NCBI GenBank assembly: GCA_965242865.1
Contig: CBDETK010000013.1
Location: 4,096,001-4,160,000 of the forward strand
Length of the DNA: 64,000 nt
Direction of reading: 5' to 3'
DNA from: Candidatus Latescibacterota bacterium
Lineage (GTDB): Bacteria > Latescibacterota > UBA2968 > UBA8231
In this document: positions 33,475 through 42,153 of the stretch, in pieces
Layout: each line of letters begins with the position of its first letter
Position numbering within the stretch: the stretch's first letter is position 1
The notes under the pieces: generated by a model
Told to the model about the DNA's origin: nothing
Databases searched by the model: none
What the model saw: the letters and a program-made list of their open reading frames with translations, nothing else
Translations under genes and position numbers: made by a program

Positions 33475-36400
33475 ATGATACACACAAAGTTGTCGATACG
33501 GCGCTGGGCGTACGGGCCTTGGCTGCTGGCCGCTGGTCTGGTGTTGGGGTGGAGCGAGGACGCTGTGGCTATTTCCAGCTCTACGTCCGGCCATAGCACG
33601 GCGGCAAATCATCCTCATGCCACCAATCCCAATTTGATTTTGACGTATGACCTGAACAGCTCCGGTACAGACCATTCGATTACTGTAAACTGGAGTACGT
33701 CTCGCTCTAGGAATTTCAGCACGGGGAATGGGGCCGCGGCCACCGTGTACGCGGTGAGTTTATACAGCGGCGAGATCGATTCGGATCTTAGCAGCCCTAG
33801 CGATACTCGAATAGGTACTGAACAGTCGTATTCCGGTGCCTCTGTCGGCACCCGCACCTATTCCTTTACGGACGCCGCGATTAAGTATGAGGGCGAAGAG
33901 GGAGGAGCTACGGGCAACTACTGGGTCAGGATGGCGGTGACGGTGACCAGCACGGACGTGGATCATGCTACGAGCGTCCAGTATTTTGCAAAGCAGATAA
34001 CGGCGCGTGCGGACTACATACTGTCGGTGAATCCCAATAGTATCCGCGAGGACGCCCGCAGGACCAGTGTTACGGTAAAAGTCAAGGTCGGCAATGACGT
34101 CGCGGTAACTAAAAATACGAATGTGAACTTGAGGTTCTCTATTCCCCCGGGTAAGCTCGGGCTCAATGACCGCTTCTATATCGTTATGCCCACGCTCGCG
34201 ATTGCCAAGGGCAAGAAAGAGGCGACCGGGACGCTCATCTTTACCCCCATTAGCGAAGACACTGAAAACGAGGACCTCGCGATCACAATCTCGGGCGATG
34301 CCACCGCGCAGGAGGCCGTCAAGCCGGCCGTGATTACGCTAATTGACACGGACAAGCAAAGCGACGCGATCAATCTTTCGTTCTCGGATTCCGATCTAAG
34401 CAAGCGGGATGGTACAATCGATATCGTCGTGACGGCCACCCTGAACGGGAAGACCCAAAGAAGAGACCTGAGATTTTCCTTGGTTATTGACGAGACGAGG
34501 GGCTTGGAACGCGATGTAGATTACACGGCGGTCATGGCTCGGATAACCATTCCCGACCGCAAGGTGTCGGGCAGGGCGACGATTTCCATCCGCCCCAAGA
34601 ACGCAGGAACCGGCTCTATCTGGATCGGGGCGTCTGCCGACGTTGACCTGACGAATGACGACGGCGCCACCATAACGGTTAATCCCAATTTTATCGACAT
34701 AACGGGCGATCCCGCTGGATCGATTACCGGGCTGACCGCGGCGCCGTTCTCGGTCCGCGAGGACGCTGGCGAGAAGACGATCACCCTGAAGGTTTCCTTG
34801 GAGAACGCCTTGGTGGCGGCCGAGAGGGTCCAGTTCACCATTACGGACGACAGCGACGATCTGGGCGAGGCTTTTGCCGGCGCGGTGGATGCGGAGCGGG
34901 ATGTGGATTACGCGGCCGAAGTGGGGTCGCTCACCATTCCCAAGGGCGCGACCGAAGGGACGACGACCATGACCGTCACCCCGGTCAACAACAAAGACGA
35001 CGATCCGCCCCGGGCCTTTAAGGTGAATGCGCGGGTTGGCAACAACGAATCCTTTGTCGCGGGAATCCTGATTACCGACGACGACACCACCAGCGATTCG
35101 ATCACGCTAGAGGCGGAGCCGGCCGAGATAAACGAGGACGCGGGGCCGACCGAGATTACGGTGACCGGCACCTTAAACGGAAAGGTGTTCGACGATAACG
35201 TGATCGTGTCCTTGGTCGTTGACAACGATGTTAACGACGATGGCGACATCGATGACGATGATATGGCGGCCACGCGCGATGCCGACTACACAGCCATCCT
35301 TCGCCCGTTGGTGATTCCGGCTGGAGCGGTGTCCGGGACGACCACGGTCACGGTCACCCCCATTGCCAACGATGGAGAGGAAGACGACGAGAAGTTCCGC
35401 TTGGCGACGCTGGAGTCTAGACCGCCCCGCGGCGAAGACGACGGAGACCTCCAAGAGCTAGAGGTCAACCCGGTGACGATCACGCTGAAAGACGTCGAGG
35501 ATTCAGCCACGCCGTCCAAGACGCCGGACCCCAAGGTCCCGGCCTTTGCCAGCGCCGATTCGGTGGCCGCCCAAGAGTACGAGGTCGGGAAGGCGATTGC
35601 CGATCTCGTGCTGCCGGAAGCTACCGGCGGCGATGGCACCCTGACGTACAGCGTCTCGACCCTGCCGGCCGGCCTGACGTTTAACAGCTCAACGCGGACG
35701 CTTTCGGGCACGCCGATAGTGGTCGGAACCTCCACCATCGTGTACACGGTGATCGACAGCGACAGCGACGCGGCCGCCCTGACCTTTCCCATTGCGGTCG
35801 CCGCGGCTTCAGCGCCGGAGCCAGCCCCAGCCCCGCCGCCGGCCAACGCTGCGCTGACCGCGAGTCCTTCGTCCGTCCGCGAGGACGCTGAAGCGACGCA
35901 AGTATTTCTGACCGCGACCTTGCCAGCGCCCAAAGCCACGCCCGAACGAGTGACGTTTACGCTCGTAGGTCCGAGCGCGGGTACACCAGCCGTGCGCGAT
36001 TTGGACTACACCGCGATACTGGGAAAGAAAATTACCATTCCCGCCGGAGCGACCGTTGGGACGACGGCCTTCCCCCTCACCCCTATTGACAACACCGCGG
36101 TGGATGGGGCGAAAGCGCTGGGTGTGCAGGCTGCGTTCTCATCCGGTGGGGTGCTGCTGACCAACATCGAGATCGCGGACGACGAAACCCCGAGTACGTC
36201 GATCTCGCTGTCGGTGAATCCGCGCACGATAAGCGAGGAAGGCGCTGAGGTCTCCGTTGCGGTGACCGCCACGTTGGATGGGAAGGCGTTGCTATCGGAC
36301 GCGACCGTGCGCCTGACCATTGATGGCACTTCGACCGCGACGCGTGATGAGGACTACGCCGCGCTGTTCAATCCGCTGCTGGTGATCCCGGCTGGCTGGA

Positions 36401-37464
36401 TAACCGGGTCAACCCTGTTTGCGGTCCGCCCAATCGACGACACGGTCGCAGAGGGCAACGAGATCATCAAGCTGACTGGTACGATTGCCGGTCTGGCCGG
36501 TGACGAGGTCGAGATCATCCTGAGCGACCGAGGGACGGAAGAGCCACCGGAGGAGCCGGAGCCCGAGGAGCCCGCGCCCGAGGATCCGTCCCTTGCGTTT
36601 GCGGACGACGTTTCAATCGCGGACCAACGGTACACGGCCGAGAGGCCGGTTCCCGCTCTCGTCCTGCCGGCCGCTTCGGGCGGGTCGGGCGGCTTGCAGT
36701 ACAGCGTCTCGGCTCTGCCAGCGGGCTTGTCGTTTGACGCGGCCACGCGGACGGTTTCCGGGACGCCAGCGGAGGCCACCGAGGACGCGGTCGTCATCAT
36801 CTACACGGTCATCGACAGCGACGGCGCCGCGGCCGCGTTGACCTTCACCATCAAGGTCAATCCCCCGCTGAGTTTTGCAGCGCTTTTCGATTTGTTCAAC
36901 AGTATGGCCGGTAAGATCGTTCCGACGGCCGCGCCCAACGCGGCTGAAATCCGCGAATTTGTCGTTGGCCGCCTCGTGGAGGGCCTCGCGCTCCCGGAGG
37001 GGACCGGCGGCACCGCGCCCCTGACGTATCGCCTTTCGCCGGCCCTGCCAGCGGGCTTGTCGTTTGACGCAGCCACGCGGACGATTGCCGGCACGCCGCG
37101 AGCCGCGGCCGAACCCGTCTATACGTACACGGTTACGGACGCCAATGGCGCGAGCGCGTCGCTGGCATTGCACACGCGCCCGGCCGAATTCGCGCTGGCA
37201 GCCAATTTTCCGAACCCGTTCAACCCGGCGACGACGATCCAATACGCGCTGCCGCAAGCCGCGGATGTGGAGCTAATGGTGTACAACGTCGTCGGCCAGC
37301 CCGTTCGCACGCTCGTCGCCGAGCACCAGAGCGCGGGGCGGTATGTCGTGGAGTGGGACGCGACCGACGATAGCGGTCGCAGCCTGTCATCGGGAATGTA
37401 CTTCTACCGCTTGCAGGCGGGCGGCGAGTTCCACGCGATTAAAAAAATGCTGCTGCTCAAGTAG
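33475..37464 (+). CDS. secreted repeat protein 3, paralog of protein 2 with an extra N-terminal domain
   Basis: Same repeat units and CTD; unique Ser/Thr/Tyr-rich segment of ~145 aa after the signal peptide. Confidence 0.8.
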   Translation: MIHTKLSIRRWAYGPWLLAAGLVLGWSEDAVAISSSTSGHSTAANHPHATNPNLILTYDLNSSGTDHSITVNWSTSRSRNFSTGNGAAATVYAVSLYSGEIDSDLSSPSDTRIGTEQSYSGASVGTRTYSFTDAAIKYEGEEGGATGNYWVRMAVTVTSTDVDHATSVQYFAKQITARADYILSVNPNSIREDARRTSVTVKVKVGNDVAVTKNTNVNLRFSIPPGKLGLNDRFYIVMPTLAIAKGKKEATGTLIFTPISEDTENEDLAITISGDATAQEAVKPAVITLIDTDKQSDAINLSFSDSDLSKRDGTIDIVVTATLNGKTQRRDLRFSLVIDETRGLERDVDYTAVMARITIPDRKVSGRATISIRPKNAGTGSIWIGASADVDLTNDDGATITVNPNFIDITGDPAGSITGLTAAPFSVREDAGEKTITLKVSLENALVAAERVQFTITDDSDDLGEAFAGAVDAERDVDYAAEVGSLTIPKGATEGTTTMTVTPVNNKDDDPPRAFKVNARVGNNESFVAGILITDDDTTSDSITLEAEPAEINEDAGPTEITVTGTLNGKVFDDNVIVSLVVDNDVNDDGDIDDDDMAATRDADYTAILRPLVIPAGAVSGTTTVTVTPIANDGEEDDEKFRLATLESRPPRGEDDGDLQELEVNPVTITLKDVEDSATPSKTPDPKVPAFASADSVAAQEYEVGKAIADLVLPEATGGDGTLTYSVSTLPAGLTFNSSTRTLSGTPIVVGTSTIVYTVIDSDSDAAALTFPIAVAAASAPEPAPAPPPANAALTASPSSVREDAEATQVFLTATLPAPKATPERVTFTLVGPSAGTPAVRDLDYTAILGKKITIPAGATVGTTAFPLTPIDNTAVDGAKALGVQAAFSSGGVLLTNIEIADDETPSTSISLSVNPRTISEEGAEVSVAVTATLDGKALLSDATVRLTIDGTSTATRDEDYAALFNPLLVIPAGWITGSTLFAVRPIDDTVAEGNEIIKLTGTIAGLAGDEVEIILSDRGTEEPPEEPEPEEPAPEDPSLAFADDVSIADQRYTAERPVPALVLPAASGGSGGLQYSVSALPAGLSFDAATRTVSGTPAEATEDAVVIIYTVIDSDGAAAALTFTIKVNPPLSFAALFDLFNSMAGKIVPTAAPNAAEIREFVVGRLVEGLALPEGTGGTAPLTYRLSPALPAGLSFDAATRTIAGTPRAAAEPVYTYTVTDANGASASLALHTRPAEFALAANFPNPFNPATTIQYALPQAADVELMVYNVVGQPVRTLVAEHQSAGRYVVEWDATDDSGRSLSSGMYFYRLQAGGEFHAIKKMLLLK

Positions 37465-37530
37465 CACGCGCAGCACTGCGTTTGCAAAATAGGGAGCAGC
37501 ATAAACCAGATAAGCTAGCTAAGGAATAAA

Positions 37531-37746
37531 ATGGACTGGAATAATCCGCTTATCTATATAGTTCCCGGACTAGCGATCCTTAGTGGAATTATCTATCTCT
37601 CTAGATGGATGGGTAAGACAGACGAGTCTGTTCGTCTTATCGAAGAGGCCATCAAGGAAATAAAATCCGACATCAAGGAAATACTGAGGCAGTTTTCTGG
37701 ATCGGCTGTTGAAAGAAGACCTGAATCCGGGGAGGTTGAACAATGA
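37531..37746 (+). CDS. small single-TM, coiled-coil protein
   Basis: RBS AAGGA, N-terminal hydrophobic helix, IKEIKSDIKEIL heptads; ATGA overlap with the next gene. Confidence 0.65.
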   Translation: MDWNNPLIYIVPGLAILSGIIYLSRWMGKTDESVRLIEEAIKEIKSDIKEILRQFSGSAVERRPESGEVEQ

Positions 37747-40700
37747 TACAGAGAAAGCGGTTGCGGCGGCGTCTTTGGCTCTGGGCCGCTGGTTTGGTGT
37801 TGGGGTGGGTCGGGGTGGCTGCGGCGCAGGAGGAGCAGGCCGACTACAAGCTGTCGGTCAATCCCAGCAGTGTGCGCGAGGACGCCGGGCCGACCAATAT
37901 CGAGGTGACGGTTGAAGTTACCGATGATACCGCGGTGGAGACAGATACTTATGTGCTCTTGGGCGTCTCAGACGAAGGGTTTAATAGCCGCTTCCGCCTG
38001 ACGCTGACCGCTCTCAGGATTCCGGCTGGCAAGAAAAAGGCAACCGGGCAGCTCACCTTCATCCCGGTTGATGATAGGGTCGTCAACGACGGGGGCGATC
38101 TGGACATTACGCTCAGCGGCAATGTTGGCAGCGGTAGGACGGTTGAAGCGACGACGCTCACGCTGATTGACGACGACAAGGATAGCCAAAACATCCATCT
38201 GTCGGCCAATATCGTCGAGTTAAACAGGTTCGATGGCGCGACCGAGATCGCGGTGACGGCCACGTTGGACGGCAAGGAACTAAGAAGGGCGACGACCTTT
38301 GTGTTGACGATTGGCGATCATCCCGACTTGAACGCCACCCCCAACAGCGAGGCCGCTGCGACCAAGGACAATCGCGAGGCGCAGCGCGACTTGGACTACA
38401 CAGTGACGCTGGCGCCGCTGACGATTCCGCGCAACTCGGTATCGGGCACCGCGACAATTACCATCACCCCGAAAAACCGGCTGCCCGGCACGATCCGAGT
38501 GGGATCCCCCACCGGGAGGGTAGAAGTTGGCGACGACGAGCTAACGATCCACCCGGTGGATCTAAAAATAAAAAAGGAGGTCGCGGCCGCGCCCGATGCC
38601 ATCGCGCTGAGTCGAGAACGCGTGCGCGAGGACGCCGGGGCGACGACGATCACGCTGAACGTCACCTTGAAGAATCCCGTGGTTGAGGACGAGACAGTGA
38701 GTCTCGTCGTTTTGCCGGTCGGCTCAGTTTTGCCGTCTGGCGGTACGGTGCCGAGCACGCCGACCCGCGATGTGCATTACACCCTGTCCTTTGGTCCACC
38801 GCTCGTCATTCCGGCCGGTGATTCTGCGGGGACGACGACGTTCACCCTGACCCCGATTGACGACGACTCGGTGGTTGCACGCGGGTCGATATACATAAGG
38901 GTTGCAGTCGGCGACGTATTGACTACGAAAGCCATTGAGATCGCCGACGACGACGCGACTAGCACCCAAATCGCGCTGACAGTGGAGCCGACCTCGATTA
39001 GCGAAGGAGCGGGTAGCACGGAGGTTGCAGTGACCGGAACGTTGAACGGAAAGGTCCTCGACGATGACGTGGTCGTGCGCTTGACCATTGACCCGGATCC
39101 CAAGGACACAGACGATGAGGGCCAGAGCGTCGATGTTGCAGAGGCCACGCGCGACATTGACTACACGGCCAGCCTGCGTCCCCTGACGATTCCGGCCGGC
39201 GCAGTGTCGGGCACGACGACGATCACCATCACCCCGATTGACGACGGCGTCGTGGATGCCAGCGAGACCATCCGGCTGACATCCGCGAGCAATCAAGTCA
39301 CGGCCGCGGACGGTCTCCAGCTAACCGTCAGCGCGGTGGATATAATGCTGAGAGATCCCGGGGAGGGCGGTGCGCCGTTCTTTGCGGCAGGTGTTACCAT
39401 TGCCGACCGGACCTACTCGGTGGGTGCGGCGATTGCCAACTTGGTGTTGCCGGAGGCTGCGGGCGGCACCGGCGACCTGACGTACGAGGTGTCGGTGCTG
39501 CCAGCGGGCTTGTCGTTTGACGAGGTCCGGCGGACGCTTTCGGGCACGCCGGTGGCAGCAACCGAGGCCCCAGTCACCATTACCTACACGGCGACTGACC
39601 GCGACGGCAACGCAGCGAGGCGGACCTTCACCATTGCGATACTGGCCGAAGCTGTGACGGTGCTGGCCTTTGCCGAAGACGCTGCCGTCGCCGACCAGAC
39701 GTACGCTGCGGGGACGGCGATTGCCGATTTGGTGCTACCGGAAGCGACGGGCGGTGCCGGCGACCTGAGATACCACCTGTTGACCTTACCGGCGGGCTTG
39801 TCGTTCAACGGGGCCACGCGGACGCTTTCGGGTACGCCGACCGCAGCCACCAACTGTGCGGTTGAAGTCACTTATATGGCGACCGATCTCAACCGGGACG
39901 CGACCGCGTTGACGTTCTCCATCACGGTCACTGCGCCTGAGCAGCCGGCGGCCGAGCTCGCTGGGCTGGCCGTGGCACCGGCGGTGATCCGCGAGGACGC
40001 CGCGACGACCGACCTCTCGCTGACGGTCACCTTGGCGGCCGCCGCGGACGAGGACGAGAGCGTGCGGTTCACGCTCGTCGAGCCGAGCGATGGCTCGCCC
40101 GCCGTGCGCGATGTGAACTACAGTGCGGTGCTACAAGCGCTGATAGTCATTCCGGCGGGCGCGACCGAGGGAACGACGACCCTGAGCCTCACGCCCATTG
40201 ACGACGCTGAGAGCGATGGCCCGAAGGCGTTGGGGGTACAGGCGATGCTCGTGTCAACCGGCGCGACCCTAGTGACGGACATCGAGATCCGAGACGACGA
40301 AGCCCCGAGTACGGCCATCTGGCTATCGGCCGCGCCGAGCGCATTGAGTGAGCAGGCCGATTTGACCACCGTTATCCTGACCGCCACGTTGGACGGGCAG
40401 GCGTTGGCCGCCGATGCGACCGTGCATTTGTCCATTGATGAAGCATCAACGGCGACGCGCGACTTGGACTACGCCGCGCTGTTTACGCCGCGGATCGAAA
40501 TTCCGGCCGGCTCGACAACGGGGACGCTGCGCTTTTACATCGACCCGGTGGCCGACGATTTGGCCGAGGGCGAGGAATTCATCCGGCTGCTCGGTGCGAT
40601 CGACGGGCTGACCGGGGACGCGGTACAAATCGTCCTGAGCGATTCCGAGGCGGCCAAGGCGGTGGCGCAAGTTCAGCCGGTCGCATTTACGTTGGCGAAC

Positions 40701-40961
40701 AACTACCCGAACCCGTTCAATCCGGCGACGACGATCCAGTACGCGCTGCCGCAAGCGGCGGACGTAGAATTGATCGTGTACAATGCGGTCGGTCAGCCGG
40801 TGCGGACGCTGGTGGCCCAGCATCAGCATGCGGGTCACTATGCAGTTGAGTGGGACGCGACCGACGACCGCGGTTACAGCTTGTCGTCGGGGATGTATCT
40901 CTACCGCTTGCAGGCGGGCGGCGAGTTCCGCGAGGTCAAGAAGATGCTGCTACTCAGATAG
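37743..40961 (+). CDS. secreted repeat protein 4, paralog of proteins 2 and 3
   Basis: Signal peptide, same repeat units, [17 protein letters not shown]...KMLLLR. Confidence 0.8.
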   Translation: MIQRKRLRRRLWLWAAGLVLGWVGVAAAQEEQADYKLSVNPSSVREDAGPTNIEVTVEVTDDTAVETDTYVLLGVSDEGFNSRFRLTLTALRIPAGKKKATGQLTFIPVDDRVVNDGGDLDITLSGNVGSGRTVEATTLTLIDDDKDSQNIHLSANIVELNRFDGATEIAVTATLDGKELRRATTFVLTIGDHPDLNATPNSEAAATKDNREAQRDLDYTVTLAPLTIPRNSVSGTATITITPKNRLPGTIRVGSPTGRVEVGDDELTIHPVDLKIKKEVAAAPDAIALSRERVREDAGATTITLNVTLKNPVVEDETVSLVVLPVGSVLPSGGTVPSTPTRDVHYTLSFGPPLVIPAGDSAGTTTFTLTPIDDDSVVARGSIYIRVAVGDVLTTKAIEIADDDATSTQIALTVEPTSISEGAGSTEVAVTGTLNGKVLDDDVVVRLTIDPDPKDTDDEGQSVDVAEATRDIDYTASLRPLTIPAGAVSGTTTITITPIDDGVVDASETIRLTSASNQVTAADGLQLTVSAVDIMLRDPGEGGAPFFAAGVTIADRTYSVGAAIANLVLPEAAGGTGDLTYEVSVLPAGLSFDEVRRTLSGTPVAATEAPVTITYTATDRDGNAARRTFTIAILAEAVTVLAFAEDAAVADQTYAAGTAIADLVLPEATGGAGDLRYHLLTLPAGLSFNGATRTLSGTPTAATNCAVEVTYMATDLNRDATALTFSITVTAPEQPAAELAGLAVAPAVIREDAATTDLSLTVTLAAAADEDESVRFTLVEPSDGSPAVRDVNYSAVLQALIVIPAGATEGTTTLSLTPIDDAESDGPKALGVQAMLVSTGATLVTDIEIRDDEAPSTAIWLSAAPSALSEQADLTTVILTATLDGQALAADATVHLSIDEASTATRDLDYAALFTPRIEIPAGSTTGTLRFYIDPVADDLAEGEEFIRLLGAIDGLTGDAVQIVLSDSEAAKAVAQVQPVAFTLANNYPNPFNPATTIQYALPQAADVELIVYNAVGQPVRTLVAQHQHAGHYAVEWDATDDRGYSLSSGMYLYRLQAGGEFREVKKMLLLR

Positions 40962-40987
40962 CGGCCGCGGCCTTGCCCAATAGCACG

Positions 40988-41021
40988 AGCCCCTCCCAAA
41001 AGGGAGGGGCTTTTTATTTTT
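40988..41021 (+). terminator. intrinsic terminator ending the secreted-protein array
   Basis: AGCCCCTCCC-AAAA-GGGAGGGGCT followed by TTTTATTTTT. Confidence 0.9.
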
Positions 41022-41055
41022 CTTTTACTACCCGCCATCCGCCTCTGCCTTCCAA

Positions 41056-41105
41056 GGATCGAGGGCATCTTGCCCTCGCCGAGGGCGGGACGCCCTCGAT
41101 CCCGG
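41056..41105. repeat. family A REP-like palindrome, copy 3 (opposite orientation)
   Basis: GGATCGAGGGCATCTTGCCCTCGCCGAGGGCGGGACGCCCTCGATCCCGG. Confidence 0.9.
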
Positions 41106-41169
41106 ACGCATTGGCAATACCAGAGTACGCAAAGGAGGGGAGCTTCCCTTAAACTGTTGCCCTCTGTCC

Positions 41170-42153
41170 CTAGTGCTCGGCTTGCTGGTAGGGCGAAGGT
41201 TGGGGGAGGGTGTCGAGGAGGGCGGCTCGGGTGGGGAAGAGGAGGGCGGCTTTTGCCGGCGTTATGGAGCAGATGTGGCCGGTGGTGTGGAGGCGGAGGT
41301 AGTCGCCGCCGAGGGCGAGGGTGTCTATGACGCCGTCTTCGTCTTCGAGATAGAGATAACGCGCTGGGGCAAAGGCTTGGCCCGGATCGTGCAAGGCCGA
41401 CCACGTCAGGCGCTTGAGGAAGTCGGCGTAGGCTTCTACGCTCGGGGAAAGGCAGACTTCGGCACCCGCGGCAGACGAGACAACCCACTCGTAGGTCGGC
41501 ATCATTGGGCCTGCTGCCGTCATGGCTTTTAGCTGTCGGCTGAGGGATTGCACCGGGTAAGCCGGGTCGCCGGCAAAGGCGATGCGCCGCAGGCCCTTGC
41601 GCTGCAAGGCTTGGGGCAAGACGCGGCGGTCGAGCATGGGAGCGGGCGGGGCGGTGTCGAGGGCGTGGGCGGGATGGGCGTGGAGGTGGAAGATGCTGTC
41701 GGCCCCAACGCGCTGGATGTACGATTCCCCGGCGCGCACCCCGGGTGCCCCGCGCCCTTGGCGCACTTCGAGCAAGGGACGCCCCTGTGGGTCGAGCAAG
41801 TGGATGCGGATGCTGCCCGGGCCGAGACCATAGCGGGCCAAGTCCCCAGGCTCGGCCGAGACAAAGGTCGCCGGCGTCGCGAGCAGGCTCTGGAGCAGGT
41901 ACTCGACGCGGCGGTTGAGCGCAAAGGCGCGGTGATACGCTGGGAAATGCCAGTTGCCTCCGCGCCGGACGTACTGCCAACGGCGTCCGCCCGTGCGAAT
42001 CTCGAGCTGGGCGACGGCTGAGGTCGGCTGGGGCGTCAAGAGGCGCAAGGCCCCAGCCGTGTGCCGCGCGGTGCGCTGGTGCTCGCGCAACGTGTGCTCG
42101 CCGAGGACGAGCAGGACTAGCAGGCCCCCCAGCGCACAGAGCATGCGGATCAC
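41170..42153 (-). CDS. DUF4340-like membrane-anchored protein
   Basis: GTG start overlaps the GldG stop; N-terminal TM, DLARYGL motif, typical position after gldG-like genes. Confidence 0.65.
   Translation of the reverse strand: MIRMLCALGGLLVLLVLGEHTLREHQRTARHTAGALRLLTPQPTSAVAQLEIRTGGRRWQYVRRGGNWHFPAYHRAFALNRRVEYLLQSLLATPATFVSAEPGDLARYGLGPGSIRIHLLDPQGRPLLEVRQGRGAPGVRAGESYIQRVGADSIFHLHAHPAHALDTAPPAPMLDRRVLPQALQRKGLRRIAFAGDPAYPVQSLSRQLKAMTAAGPMMPTYEWVVSSAAGAEVCLSPSVEAYADFLKRLTWSALHDPGQAFAPARYLYLEDEDGVIDTLALGGDYLRLHTTGHICSITPAKAALLFPTRAALLDTLPQPSPYQQAEH

Noticed and set aside
26444-40961. Diversity-generating retroelement acting on the repeated C-terminal blocks
   Set aside because: No reverse transcriptase in the window, all copies are coding, and differences are not confined to adenines.
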